Assembly (NCBI GenBank): GCA_910579685.1
Contig: CAJTVN010000001.1
Span: 6,250-70,249, forward strand
Origin: an uncultured Lachnospiraceae bacterium
GTDB lineage: Bacteria; Bacillota; Clostridia; Lachnospirales; Lachnospiraceae
Reading direction: 5' to 3'
Length of the DNA: 64,000 bases
Made by a program: the position numbers and the translations under genes. Under the pieces are notes generated by a model. That model had not been told where the DNA came from, ran no database searches, and was given only the letters and a program-made list of their open reading frames with translations. The stretch's first letter is position 1, and the number at the start of each line of letters is the position of its first letter. This document shows, one piece after another, positions 29,155-39,438 of the stretch.

Positions 29155-29998
29155 AATCCTTGGGTGAGATGCCGTATTCCTTTTTGAAGGCACGGTAGAA
29201 GCTGGAATAGTCTCCAAATCCCCAGGTCTGATAGGCCTTTGTGATATCCATACCGCCCCAGATGGCCTGGCGGATGAGAGACAGCCTCTTTTTGCTGATA
29301 TACTGGTGGATGGAGAGCCCCAGGTTTTCCTTGAAGACGTGGGAAATATGATATTTGCTTACATAGAACTCGCCGCTTAAGCGATCCAGGGACAGATCTT
29401 CATCTATGTGGTCTTCGATAAAGCCGCAGAGACTCTGATAGAGGGATTCTGTCTCTTGTTTTGGTTCGGAATGATTCCTCTCATAGATCAGACGGTTAAG
29501 GTGCAGAATCAGATCGTTGACACACAGGGCGATCTGGGGTTCCCGGCAGAAGCGGTCCGTCTGCATTTCTTCCAAAAGCCGGAGGATCTTGGACTGAATG
29601 GAATTAAAGGTGATTTTATCGTTGTGGAAAATATAATCCTTCTTGGTCTGAACCAGCTGCATCAGGTAGCCGTAATCCGGTGAGAGGTCAAAGAGATGAC
29701 GGCAGAATTCCTGGCTGATCCAGAACACGAAGCGGCGGTAGGGCAGAGTCATGCTGTGGATCACGGCCACATGGGAGAGCCCGGGAGGAATCACGATCAG
29801 ATCCCCTGCCGTAAGGGGGAAGACTTCGCTCCCGATCTGTATGCTCACATCCCCTTCCAGAAAAAAATAGAATTCATAGTAGCCATGAGAATGCAGCAGC
29901 ATCTGCGGGCGTGCGGTGTCGCTGTAATAGTACAGCTCAAAGTCCCTGGAGACCATGTACTGCCGGGCGCTGAATTGGGTTTGAAATTTCTTTTTCAT
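29114..29998 (-). CDS. AraC family transcriptional regulator (divergent from uxuA)
   Basis: Cupin HSHGYYE, C-terminal double HTH GFGDYSSFYRAFKK. Confidence 0.93.
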   Translation of the reverse strand: MKKKFQTQFSARQYMVSRDFELYYYSDTARPQMLLHSHGYYEFYFFLEGDVSIQIGSEVFPLTAGDLIVIPPGLSHVAVIHSMTLPYRRFVFWISQEFCRHLFDLSPDYGYLMQLVQTKKDYIFHNDKITFNSIQSKILRLLEEMQTDRFCREPQIALCVNDLILHLNRLIYERNHSEPKQETESLYQSLCGFIEDHIDEDLSLDRLSGEFYVSKYHISHVFKENLGLSIHQYISKKRLSLIRQAIWGGMDITKAYQTWGFGDYSSFYRAFKKEYGISPKDFRDSSLLSPKKWE

Positions 29999-30214
29999 AA
30001 ATTTTCACTCTTTCCCGGGCCTTGAGCCCGATTTCTGCCGGCGACAGGGGGAAAGCTGCACCTGTACAGGGGTCTTTCACACTATCATACAAGATAATCG
30101 CAACTTTTGCAATGTATACAACAATACCCTCAATGGAATTTTTTGCAATCGTTTCTTATAATAAAGACAGTTGAAAAATGCTGTTATCAATTAAAGAAGG
30201 GAAGGTAGATTTCT

Positions 30215-31291
30215 ATGGAGATGACATTGCGCTGGTATGGTTCCAAATTTGACACGGTGACGCTTAAGCAGATCCGCCAGATACCGGGGGTGAAGGGGGT
30301 TATCACCACCCTGTATGACACGGCGCCGGGAGAGGTTTGGAGCCGGGAGAGAATCCGGGCCATGAAGGAAGAGGTGGAGGCTGCGGGGCTTCACGTAGCG
30401 GGGATTGAGAGCGTGAACGTGCACGATGCGATCAAGACTGGCGTGCCGGAGAGAGAGCAGTATATTGACAATTACATTGAGACACTGGAAAACCTGGGCA
30501 AGGAGGATATTCACCTGGTATGCTATAATTTTATGCCTGTGTTCGACTGGACGAGAACCGAGCTCGCAAGGATGCGTCCCGACGGCTCCACGGTGCTCGC
30601 CTATTCCCAGGAGGCAATTGACGCCCTTGACCCGGAAAAGATGTTTGAATCCATTTCCGCAGACTCCAACGGTGCGGTTATGCCGGGCTGGGAGCCGGAG
30701 AGAATGGCTCATGTGAAAGAGCTGTTTGAGATGTACAGGGATATCGACGACGAGAAGCTGTTCGCAAACCTGAAATACTTCCTGGAACGGATTATGCCGG
30801 TCTGCGACAAATACGATATTAATATGGCGATTCATCCCGACGATCCCGCATGGAGCGTGTTCGGGCTTCCCAGGATTATCATCAACAAGAAGAACATCCA
30901 CCGGATGATGAGTATGGTGGACAACCCGCACAACGGCGTTACCTTCTGTTCCGGTTCCTATGGAACGAATCTGGAGAACGACCTTCCGGACATGATCCGT
31001 TCCTTAAAGGGAAGGATTCATTTTGCCCATGTACGGAACCTGAAATTTAATTCCCCCACGGACTTCGAGGAGGCGGCGCACTTATCCTCTGACGGAAGCT
31101 TTGACATGTTCGAGATCATGAAAGCGCTGTACGAGATCGGTTTTACCGGACCGATCCGTCCAGACCATGGGCGTATGATCTGGGACGAGGTTGCCATGCC
31201 GGGCTACGGGCTCTATGACAGGGCCTTGGGAGCCGCTTATCTGAACGGCCTATGGGAAGCGATTGAGAAGACCGAGGAAAGGAGGAATTAA
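30215..31291 (+). CDS. uxuA: Mannonate dehydratase
   Basis: MTLRWYG, CYNFMPVFDWTRT, IHPDDP, RPDHGR, PGYGLYDRALG. Confidence 0.97.
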   Translation: MEMTLRWYGSKFDTVTLKQIRQIPGVKGVITTLYDTAPGEVWSRERIRAMKEEVEAAGLHVAGIESVNVHDAIKTGVPEREQYIDNYIETLENLGKEDIHLVCYNFMPVFDWTRTELARMRPDGSTVLAYSQEAIDALDPEKMFESISADSNGAVMPGWEPERMAHVKELFEMYRDIDDEKLFANLKYFLERIMPVCDKYDINMAIHPDDPAWSVFGLPRIIINKKNIHRMMSMVDNPHNGVTFCSGSYGTNLENDLPDMIRSLKGRIHFAHVRNLKFNSPTDFEEAAHLSSDGSFDMFEIMKALYEIGFTGPIRPDHGRMIWDEVAMPGYGLYDRALGAAYLNGLWEAIEKTEERRN

Positions 31292-31295
31292 GAAA

Positions 31296-32906
31296 ATGAG
31301 ATTAAATGAATCAGGGCTGAAAGACAGGAGCGTATGGGAGCAGGCAGGCTTTCGACTTCCTGCTTATGACAGGGAAAATGTGGAAAAGGCCACGAAGCAG
31401 GCCCCCTTCTGGATCCATTTCGGAGCGGGAAACATTTTCAGGGCGTTTCAGGCAAACGTAGTCCAGAATCTGCTGAACGAAGGCGTACTTGACAGAGGAC
31501 TCGTGGTGGCCGAGGGCTACGACTATGAGATTATTGAAAAAATGTATCTGCCCCATGACAGCTATTCCATTCTCGCCACGTTGAAGGCGGATGGGAACGT
31601 GGAGAAAACCGTGATCGGCAGTGTGGTGGAATCCCTTGTGCTGGATTCGGACAATGACGCTCATTACGGAAGGCTGAAGGAGATTTTTGAGACGGATTCT
31701 CTGCAGATGGCCAGCTTTACCATCACGGAAAAGGGCTACAGCCTGGTAGATGGAAAAGGGGAGACGCTCCCCTCCGTGAAGGAGGATTTTGAAAAGGGGC
31801 CGGAAAAGCCCGCCAGTTATATTGGAAAGGTGGCATCCCTTCTGTATGCGCGTTTCTGCGCCGGTCAAAAGCCCATTGCCATGGTGAGCATGGACAACTG
31901 CTCCCACAACGGCGACAAGCTCTACGCCGCAATCCATGCATTTGCGAGACAGTGGACACAGGCAGGGCTTGCGGACACAGGCTTTGAGGCCTATGTGAAT
32001 GACAAAAACAAGGTGTCCTTCCCCTGGTCCATGATCGACAAGATCACGCCCCGTCCGGACGCTTCCGTGGAGGAGATTTTAAAGAAGGACGGCGTGGAGG
32101 AGCTGGAGCCTGTCATCACCTCCAAAAACACGTATGTGGCGCCCTTTGTGAATGCGGAGGAGTGCGAGTATCTTGTGATCGAAGATGCGTTCCCGAACGG
32201 AAGGCCAAGACTGGAGGCAGGCGGCCTGATGTTCACGGACAGGCAGACCGTGGACAAGGTGGAGAAGATGAAGGTCTGCACCTGCCTGAATCCTCTTCAT
32301 ACGGCGCTTGCGGTGTTCGGATGCCTCCTTGGATACGATCTGATTTCAAAGGAGATGAAGGACGAGACCTTAAAGAAGCTGGTGGAGGAGATCGGCTATG
32401 TGGAGGGGCTCCCGGTGGTGATCAATCCCGGCATTCTGGATCCGAAGGAATTTATCGACACGGTGGTTAACGTGCGGATTCCCAATCCCTTTATGCCGGA
32501 TACGCCTCAGAGAATCGCAACGGACACCTCCCAGAAGCTGGCCATCCGCTACGGGGAGACCATCAAGGCTTATGCGGCTTCCGACAGTCTTAAGGTATCA
32601 GAGCTCAGGCGGATCCCCCTGGTATTTGCGGGATGGCTGCGGTATCTGATGGCGGTGGACGATGCGGGAGCGGAATTCACCTTAAGCCCTGACCCGCTTC
32701 TTAAGGAGGTCTGCCCTTATGTGGCGGACATAAAGCTCGGGCAGGAGGTGGATGTGGAAACAGCCCTGAAGCCGGTGCTTTCAAACAGCAAGATTTTCGG
32801 AATCGACCTCTATGAGGCGGGTCTTGCAGAGCTTGTGTGCGGTTACTTCCGGGAGATGACGGCGGGCGTTGGTGCGGTCAGAAGGACCCTGGAAAAATAC
32901 GTTTGA
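31296..32906 (+). CDS. Mannitol dehydrogenase family protein (fructuronate reductase, UxuB-like)
   Basis: HFGAGNIFRAF, FTITEKGY, SMDNCSHNG, MIDKITP, DTSQK; adjacent to uxuA. Confidence 0.9.
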   Translation: MRLNESGLKDRSVWEQAGFRLPAYDRENVEKATKQAPFWIHFGAGNIFRAFQANVVQNLLNEGVLDRGLVVAEGYDYEIIEKMYLPHDSYSILATLKADGNVEKTVIGSVVESLVLDSDNDAHYGRLKEIFETDSLQMASFTITEKGYSLVDGKGETLPSVKEDFEKGPEKPASYIGKVASLLYARFCAGQKPIAMVSMDNCSHNGDKLYAAIHAFARQWTQAGLADTGFEAYVNDKNKVSFPWSMIDKITPRPDASVEEILKKDGVEELEPVITSKNTYVAPFVNAEECEYLVIEDAFPNGRPRLEAGGLMFTDRQTVDKVEKMKVCTCLNPLHTALAVFGCLLGYDLISKEMKDETLKKLVEEIGYVEGLPVVINPGILDPKEFIDTVVNVRIPNPFMPDTPQRIATDTSQKLAIRYGETIKAYAASDSLKVSELRRIPLVFAGWLRYLMAVDDAGAEFTLSPDPLLKEVCPYVADIKLGQEVDVETALKPVLSNSKIFGIDLYEAGLAELVCGYFREMTAGVGAVRRTLEKYV

Positions 32907-32934
32907 TCTCATATTTCGATAGACAACCGATCGG

Positions 32935-32980
32935 TAAAAGGAAAGGAAGCGTCAGTGCTTGGACGCTTCCTTTCCTTTTA
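32935..32980. terminator. Bidirectional terminator
   Basis: Perfect 19-bp inverted repeat TAAAAGGAAAGGAAGCGTC/GACGCTTCCTTTCCTTTTA. Confidence 0.9.
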
Positions 32981-32990
32981 GGCTGGAAAA

Positions 32991-33833
32991 TTATCCCTGC
33001 CTGGCCACAAACACCACGCCGAAAGCGTCCGGCCCGATATGTGCGCCGATGGTGGCCCCCACCTGCAGTCTGCCGCTTATGGCGTATCCGTGTTCGGTAA
33101 GCTTTTCCTCAAATTTTTCGCAGTTCTCCGTTCCGCAGGTGTAGATGGAGTAAAGGGGAAATGCGGGGTCGATAGAAACTTCTGTCAGATGTCTGACAAC
33201 CTGGGTAATCGCCTTGTTTCTTCCGATACATTTGCCAAGGACGCCAACGGATCCCTCCTGCGTCAGAGTAATGATCGGCTTGATGTTCGCCAGTTCCCCG
33301 ATGGCGGCCACGGACTTGGAGAGCCGCCCTCCCTTTGCCAGATATTCCAGCGTGTCAAGGCCTGCGAACAGACGTACCCTGGATTTGAGCGCTTCCAGCT
33401 TTTCCGCGATCAGGGCCGCCTCCACACCATCCTGAGCCATTTTGAGGGCATAGTCGGCGAGAACCTTGATAGGGTAGGTTGCGCTCAGGGAATCAATGAG
33501 ATGAATCTTCTCATAATCCACAATGCTTCTGGCAAGCGCAGCACTCTGGAAGGTTCCGCTCAGGGCGGAGGAGAGCAGGATGCAGATCACGGAATCGTCC
33601 TTTACCTTCGCGTCCTCAAAAATTTCCAGGAATGCCTCCGGAGAGGGCTGGGAGGTTTTGGGAAATTCACTTTCTCTCTGCAGGATTTCATAAAATTCAT
33701 CCTTCTCGAAATCCACGCCGTCTATGTAGTCCGTTTCCCCGATTGTGATATGGATGGGGATAAATTCCAGATTTTTTTCTTTGATCTCCTTCCTTCCGTA
33801 ATCGGAGGAGGAATCCACCAATATTCTTGTCAT
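32991..33833 (-). CDS. DegV/FakB family fatty-acid-binding protein
   Basis: DSSSD, PKTSQPS, LSSALSGT, YLAKGGRL, IKPI, AHIGP. Confidence 0.95.
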   Translation of the reverse strand: MTRILVDSSSDYGRKEIKEKNLEFIPIHITIGETDYIDGVDFEKDEFYEILQRESEFPKTSQPSPEAFLEIFEDAKVKDDSVICILLSSALSGTFQSAALARSIVDYEKIHLIDSLSATYPIKVLADYALKMAQDGVEAALIAEKLEALKSRVRLFAGLDTLEYLAKGGRLSKSVAAIGELANIKPIITLTQEGSVGVLGKCIGRNKAITQVVRHLTEVSIDPAFPLYSIYTCGTENCEKFEEKLTEHGYAISGRLQVGATIGAHIGPDAFGVVFVARQG

Positions 33834-34279
33834 TGTATCGTCTCCTGTGCCAAAGTGGCAATCTCCGCAAAAAGCTGTGCGATTTTTTCCGCTTTGTCCT
33901 CCCCGGTCTTTTCGATCAGCGAATCTATGAGTTTAAGGCTTTTTGCGTGCTGTGTCCGGAAAGCGGGAGAGTCCGTATTGAGCCTGAGGAAAACCTGCCG
34001 TTTGTCCTGCGTTGAGCGTTCCCTTTCGATCAAACCCTTATCCTCCATGGATTGGAGCGTGCGGTTCATCTGGGATTTCAGGATCTGGGTTGTTTTGCAC
34101 AGGTCGGTGGCCGTGAGGGGGATATCCGGCTGCTGTTTCTGGCTGTTGTACAGAAGATTGCAGATCAGAGCCTCGTTGTAGGGCATATCCGAGACAAGCT
34201 TTGCATTGCTGATGGCAGTGGTCAGCCGCAGCCATGCGTCAAGTACTTCTTCGTTCAGGTCTTTCATGCGGAGCGCCAT
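33830..34279 (-). CDS. MarR family transcriptional regulator
   Basis: TATDLC...KSQMNRTL...GLIER...DKRQV winged helix; overlaps the degV start. Confidence 0.88.
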   Translation of the reverse strand: MALRMKDLNEEVLDAWLRLTTAISNAKLVSDMPYNEALICNLLYNSQKQQPDIPLTATDLCKTTQILKSQMNRTLQSMEDKGLIERERSTQDKRQVFLRLNTDSPAFRTQHAKSLKLIDSLIEKTGEDKAEKIAQLFAEIATLAQETIQ

Positions 34280-34412
34280 TTGATCCTTTCTTTGCGTATG
34301 GTTGATTTTGTGAACTGTTCAGTTTGTATACTATATAAAGGGGAGGAATTTGTCAAGAGGTTTTGCATAAACTTAATGCGTAGATTTTTTTACGCTTTTG
34401 AGTAATACTTAT

Positions 34413-35277
34413 TCACACATGAAACAGCAGCCGCTTGGAAAAGGTGTCCCGGTATTCGCTGGGCGTGAGCCCGGTCAGCCTTTTGTAGGTACGGGAAAAA
34501 TTGTGGTTGTCTGAAAAACCAAGCTCTCTGGAGATTTCGGATATGGATTTATTGGTGTCGGTCAGCAAAAAGTTTGCCTGCTCAATTTTGGCTCTTAAGA
34601 TGTACTGCTTTAAGGGCATGTCAAAAACCTCGGCAAAGCGGTGGGAGAGGTATTTCTCATTGTAGCCGAAATGTGCGGCTATCTCTGAAATTTTCAGCGG
34701 CCTTGAAATGTTGGTCTTAATATAGTCCAGAATATCCAGATAGATCTGCCTCTGGTTTTTGGGAGAGGACTCCTGGGTAAATTTCAGGGAGAGCTGTCCG
34801 TAAAGCTCTGTCAGGATACTGGTTGACATGGCGTCTAAGGCGATGGCAGGATAGCCGTTCTTGACCATGTCCTGAAGCTGTTTCATCAGAACTACCATCC
34901 GCTCCATCCTGGGAATCGTCCCCGTCTGAGGAATGGCGAAATATTTTTCCGAGGGGGGGGGTAAAAATGGATTCACGATCAATCTCGGATGGAATATCGC
35001 CCGGATTTGTGGTGAAGTGCAGCCAGTAAAAGGAGGATCCGGCGGGCCGGTAGCCCTTGCGAAAGGCCTCCCGGGGAGGCAGCAGAAGATATTCGCCGCT
35101 CTTTACCGCATAATCCACATGGTCGTAGGTTAAATATAGTACGCCCTCTGTCATGACGAAAAGCTCGTATTCGGCAAGATAAGAATAGGCATGTCTCCAT
35201 TCTCTGGACGGAGATTTGAATTTCCCGGTGAGCACATAGCCGAACAACTGTCCGGCAGGTAAACAAAGAAGCTGCAT
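34413..35277 (-). pseudogene. AraC family regulator frameshifted at a C9 homopolymer
   Basis: The N-terminal sensing domain (ORF 34717-35277) and HTH domain (ORF 34413-34982) switch frame at the G9 run 34953-34961; removing one base gives a single 287-aa ORF. Confidence 0.88.
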
Positions 35278-35440
35278 GGCGGCCTCCGTTTCTTTTTATT
35301 TTACGGGTTCCAGAGGCATACACAGATATGCAGGCATATCATGCATGACCTTCTGACCCTAGTATCATTCTAATTATATCTCGCAAATTTTATTCTGTAA
35401 ATGTAAATCCCGGTCAATTCATTTGAAAACAGACACATAT

Positions 35441-35497
35441 TATCAATTTGTTAGATAAAGTGTCAAAATGTTATAATAAAAAAGTATCAAAATGTAA
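35441..35497. promoter_or_regulatory. Direct-repeat operator candidate between araC and the solute-binding protein gene
   Basis: TATCAATTTGTTA (35441), TGTCAAAATGTTA (35461), TATCAAAATGTAA (35485). Confidence 0.5.
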
Positions 35498-35714
35498 CAA
35501 ACAGAAAAACGACACTTAATGTAGAAATGTGATATTTACAGAACCAGGGGGAAGAGTGGTAGACTATACAGGTAGTCAAATTTCACAGAAAAGAAAAAGG
35601 GGAGTCGTCAATGTGTAGAAAAAATGTCCAACAAAAGACGGACGGAGAAATTTGACTGTACATAATGCACAGGACGGCAAAAACAACCCCGAGAAGGGAA
35701 AGGATGGAAACATT

Positions 35715-37427
35715 ATGAAGAAGAAAGTATTGGCACTCCTGCTTTCCACCGCAATGGCAGTATCTGTATTTGCAGGCTGCGGCGGTTCCGGCGGCGGCTC
35801 ATCTGAAAACGCATCATCCGGAAGTGAGACAGGAAGCAGTGAGGAACAGGCACCGGCGGATAACGCATCTGAGGATGCGGGCGCTGACTCGGGAGCCGCT
35901 GCATCGAACGGGGAGGTTGTCAAGCTCAAAGCGCTTGCAATTCTGCATCCCCTGACCAAGGATGTCCAAGAGATGCAGTACGTGACGCAGATTCAGGAGG
36001 AAGCGGGCGTCGAGATTGAGTGGGAGCTTATTCGTGCGGACTGGGATCAGGTAAAGGCTACCCGTTTTGCATCCGGCGATATTCCGGATCTTCTCTTTAA
36101 TGCAACCACAAATGCGGATTATCAGACCTACAAGGGACTGTTCCTGGAATTGACACCTTACATCAACCAGGATTTGACCCCGAACATTGCGACCATGTTC
36201 GAGGAAGAACCGGATACCAGGGCTCTGGCGACCACTCTCGAGGGAGAAATTTACGGAACTCCCAAATTCCAGGGCAAATGGCCGGATACCAACACGGTTA
36301 TGTTCATTAACAAGCAGTGGCTGGACAATCTGGGACTTGAGATGCCCACCACTTTCACGGAGCTGAAGGAGGTTCTGACTGCATTTAAAGAGCAGGATGC
36401 CAACGGCAACGGAGATCCCGGCGATGAGGTTCCGCTGGATTTCAACGGCTGGTTCGGCAGCGCATATTCTCTCCCCGGCGCATGGATGGGAGCGCTGGGC
36501 ATTCAGCTTACCAATCAGGCCCGCAACGGCTATTTTGCCGAGGATGGCCAGGTGAAGAACTATGCGGTTGATGAGAGATACAAGCTGTTCATGAAATATG
36601 TGGCTGACCTGTATTCCAATGGCCTGATCAACACCAATGCGGTAACCAACGACTACTCTATGTTCCAGTCTCTTTCCAGAGGAAACGAGGCGGGTGACGC
36701 AATGGTGGGCGTGGTTGCAGGCTGGGAGGAGACGGATAAGTTTGGCCCCGACCTTTACAGCCAGTATGTGGCTCTGCCTCCTCTTGCATATGACATTGAC
36801 TGTGCTGCAGACACCTATGACACCAGATGGAAGCATGACTTTTCCGATCTGAATATGTCCGCTAACCGCGTGGCAGTCAGCGCTAAGTGTTCCGATCCGG
36901 AAGCGGCGATGCGGTTCATCGACCGGTTCTATGACCAGACCCACAGCGTGGAAGTGCTCTTCGGCGGTATTCCCGACGGAAATGTTGCCGAGACAGGGGA
37001 TAACTCCTACGAGGTTCTTCTTCCTCCGGCAGAGGCCAACACAGACCCCGGTACCTGGAAGTGGACCAGCACCTTTGCGGATAATGGCCCCATGTATATC
37101 AGAAGGGCAACCGACCTTAAGATGGCGGAGGATATGACAAATGCGGTGAACGAGCGTACTGTTTATGCGGACACGCTGGCTAAGGCTTCCTCCGAGGATA
37201 TGTATCCTGATATGTTCATGAAGTATTCCGCTGAGGACGAGAACAATATGGCTCTGATGCAGGCGAATATTGACAACGTGATCAACAACCAGTGGGCAAT
37301 CTGGATGGTTGGCGACGAAGATATTGACGCTACCTGGGATGCTTACGTAGAGAACGTAAACAGTGCGGGCCTTCAGGATGTTCTGGCGATCCGTCAGGCG
37401 GCTTTCGACGCTTACCTGGGCAAATAA
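35715..37427 (+). CDS. Carbohydrate ABC transporter solute-binding lipoprotein (LplA-like)
   Basis: Lipobox VFAGC, Ser/Ala/Glu linker, ASGDIPD, INKQWLDNLGL..PTT, DANGNG..DEVP. Confidence 0.92.
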   Translation: MKKKVLALLLSTAMAVSVFAGCGGSGGGSSENASSGSETGSSEEQAPADNASEDAGADSGAAASNGEVVKLKALAILHPLTKDVQEMQYVTQIQEEAGVEIEWELIRADWDQVKATRFASGDIPDLLFNATTNADYQTYKGLFLELTPYINQDLTPNIATMFEEEPDTRALATTLEGEIYGTPKFQGKWPDTNTVMFINKQWLDNLGLEMPTTFTELKEVLTAFKEQDANGNGDPGDEVPLDFNGWFGSAYSLPGAWMGALGIQLTNQARNGYFAEDGQVKNYAVDERYKLFMKYVADLYSNGLINTNAVTNDYSMFQSLSRGNEAGDAMVGVVAGWEETDKFGPDLYSQYVALPPLAYDIDCAADTYDTRWKHDFSDLNMSANRVAVSAKCSDPEAAMRFIDRFYDQTHSVEVLFGGIPDGNVAETGDNSYEVLLPPAEANTDPGTWKWTSTFADNGPMYIRRATDLKMAEDMTNAVNERTVYADTLAKASSEDMYPDMFMKYSAEDENNMALMQANIDNVINNQWAIWMVGDEDIDATWDAYVENVNSAGLQDVLAIRQAAFDAYLGK

Positions 37428-37449
37428 GTAACACAGATCTGAACAGGGG

Positions 37450-37488
37450 AAGGGGCGGAAGGATGGAAAGTATCCTTCCGCCCCTTTT
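37450..37488 (+). terminator. Intra-operon stem-loop after the solute-binding protein gene
   Basis: 15-bp perfect stem AAGGGGCGGAAGGAT/ATCCTTCCGCCCCTT. Confidence 0.7.
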
Positions 37489-37515
37489 AAAACGATCAGG
37501 AAAGGAAAAATGATT

Positions 37516-38472
37516 ATGGCAAACGCAAATAAAATGCAGACCGGGGGAAAACAGAGCTTTGGCTTTCGGGCAAAAAAATATGTATCACATACCTGGCAGC
37601 TCTGGATCATGCTGATCCCGGCTATCGTGTATATCTTTATCTTCTGCTACATACCGATGTACGGTGTTCAGCTGGCTTTCAGGGAGTACAGCTTTGCCAC
37701 CGGCATCACCGGCGGGAAATGGGTGGGCTTCAAATATTTTCAGCAGTACTTTACCAGCAACATGTTCTGGCCCACGCTTCGCAACACCTTTGTGCTGTCC
37801 TTTTTCAGCATCCTGGTTGGTTTCCCCGCACCGATTATCCTTGCGATGATCATCAACCAGCTGCGCAATAAGAAGTGGAAGCGGGTGGTGCAGACCACGG
37901 TTTATATCCCCTACTTCATCTCTGTTGTGGTTATGGTTTCCATGATTCAGGTATTGTTCATGAACGACAAGGGCGTGATCGGAAATCTCTTAAAGGACAT
38001 CGGACTTGTTTCCCAGAGCACCAACATCGTAGGAAGCGCCTCCACCTTCGTGCCGCTCTATGTGCTCACCGGCGTGTGGCAGTCCATGGGATGGAACAGT
38101 ATCATCTATATTGCGGCGCTCTCTTCTGTGGACACACAGCTCTACGATGCCTGCAAGATTGACGGTGCCAACCGCTGGCAGACCATGTGGAACATCGACT
38201 TTCCGGCGATTCTGCCTACCGTGATGATTCTGCTGATCATGAATATGGGCAATATTCTGAACGTTGGATTTGACAAGGCGTTCCTGATGCAGAACGACTT
38301 AAACAGAAGCGCTTCTCAGGTTATCTCCACTTACGTTTATCAGGTTGGTATCAAATCCTCCCAGTTCTCCTTTGGTACTGCGGTGGGACTGTTCAACACG
38401 GTCGTCAACTTTGTGTTTCTGATGTTCACTAACTGGATATCAAAGAGAAGCACAGGAACCGGGCTATTATAG
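37516..38472 (+). CDS. Carbohydrate ABC transporter permease (LplB-like)
   Basis: YIPMYGVQLAF, WVGFKYF, GWNSIIYIAAL, EAA-like loop LYDACKIDGANRW. Confidence 0.93.
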   Translation: MANANKMQTGGKQSFGFRAKKYVSHTWQLWIMLIPAIVYIFIFCYIPMYGVQLAFREYSFATGITGGKWVGFKYFQQYFTSNMFWPTLRNTFVLSFFSILVGFPAPIILAMIINQLRNKKWKRVVQTTVYIPYFISVVVMVSMIQVLFMNDKGVIGNLLKDIGLVSQSTNIVGSASTFVPLYVLTGVWQSMGWNSIIYIAALSSVDTQLYDACKIDGANRWQTMWNIDFPAILPTVMILLIMNMGNILNVGFDKAFLMQNDLNRSASQVISTYVYQVGIKSSQFSFGTAVGLFNTVVNFVFLMFTNWISKRSTGTGLL

Positions 38473-38483
38473 GAGGAGAAAAA

Positions 38484-39401
38484 ATGGCAAATATGAAAAA
38501 ATATTCATCAGGCGATTATTTTACGAAGCAAAGCCTTTCCGACCGGATATTCGGGGCGGCGGTTATTCTCCTGAGTATTCTGATTTTTATCATTATCGTT
38601 TATCCTCTCTGGTTCGTCGTGATTGCGTCCGTCAGCAATTCCAACCTGGTAAACCAGGGACTGGTAACTCTCTGGCCCAAGGATATCCGTTTTTATGGGT
38701 TTGAGCAGGTCTTTGAGGACAGCCGTATCTGGAAAGGGTATCTGAACACGATTATTTATGTGCTGGTGGGTACGCTGCTAAATATGGTGGTGACCATGCC
38801 GGCGGCTTATGCGCTTTCCCGCAGGGATTTCAAGCAGCGCAACGGGATTATGATGTACTTTGTCTTTACCATGTACTTTTCCGGCGGCCTGGTACCGCTG
38901 TACATGACCATCAGCTCCCTGCATCTGATCTCCACCAAGGCGATCCTGATCATCATTGTGGCGATTAACACTTACAACCTGATCATTGCCCGGACCTTCA
39001 TCGCCAACTCGATTCCCGAGGATCTCTATGAGGCGGCGGTGCTGGACGGCTGTTCCCACTTCAATTATTTCCTGAAGGTGGTGCTGCCCCTTTCCAAGGC
39101 CGTGATTTCGGTTCTGATCCTGTACTATGCGGTGTTCCACTGGAATGACTATTTCAATGCCTTAATGTTCAACAGCAATTCGGATCATGCGCCGCTGCAG
39201 ATTGTGCTTCGGGAAATCCTGCTGCTGAACCAGGCGTTTGCAAGCGGAAACGGAGGCGTACAGGGAGGCTACGGACAGTCTTCTGCGGACCAGGTAAAAT
39301 ATGCCATCATCATTGTGTCCACAGTGCCGATCCTGTGCGTATATCCTTTTATCCAGAAATATTTCGAAAAGGGCGTTATGATCGGAGCTGTGAAGGGTTA
39401 A
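38484..39401 (+). CDS. Carbohydrate ABC transporter permease (LplC-like)
   Basis: FSGGLVP, LYEAAVLDG, HWNDYF, YPFIQKYFEKGVMIGAVKG. Confidence 0.93.
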   Translation: MANMKKYSSGDYFTKQSLSDRIFGAAVILLSILIFIIIVYPLWFVVIASVSNSNLVNQGLVTLWPKDIRFYGFEQVFEDSRIWKGYLNTIIYVLVGTLLNMVVTMPAAYALSRRDFKQRNGIMMYFVFTMYFSGGLVPLYMTISSLHLISTKAILIIIVAINTYNLIIARTFIANSIPEDLYEAAVLDGCSHFNYFLKVVLPLSKAVISVLILYYAVFHWNDYFNALMFNSNSDHAPLQIVLREILLLNQAFASGNGGVQGGYGQSSADQVKYAIIIVSTVPILCVYPFIQKYFEKGVMIGAVKG

Positions 39402-39438
39402 GGATTTATTGCTATTCAGGAAAGTGTGAGGGGCGGAG

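Noticed and set aside
30144..30158. cre-like site upstream of uxuA
   Set aside because: TGCAATCGTTTCTT matches the consensus only partially.
34310..34336. Palindrome TGAACTGTTCA upstream of marR-degV as a MarR operator
   Set aside because: Plausible but too short to support from sequence alone.
35814..37610. 598-aa antisense ORF (likewise 6032-7129, 21201-22151, 33039-34181, 62269-63651 and similar)
   Set aside because: Shadow ORFs opposite well-supported genes, expected from codon bias; no RBS or recognisable motifs.
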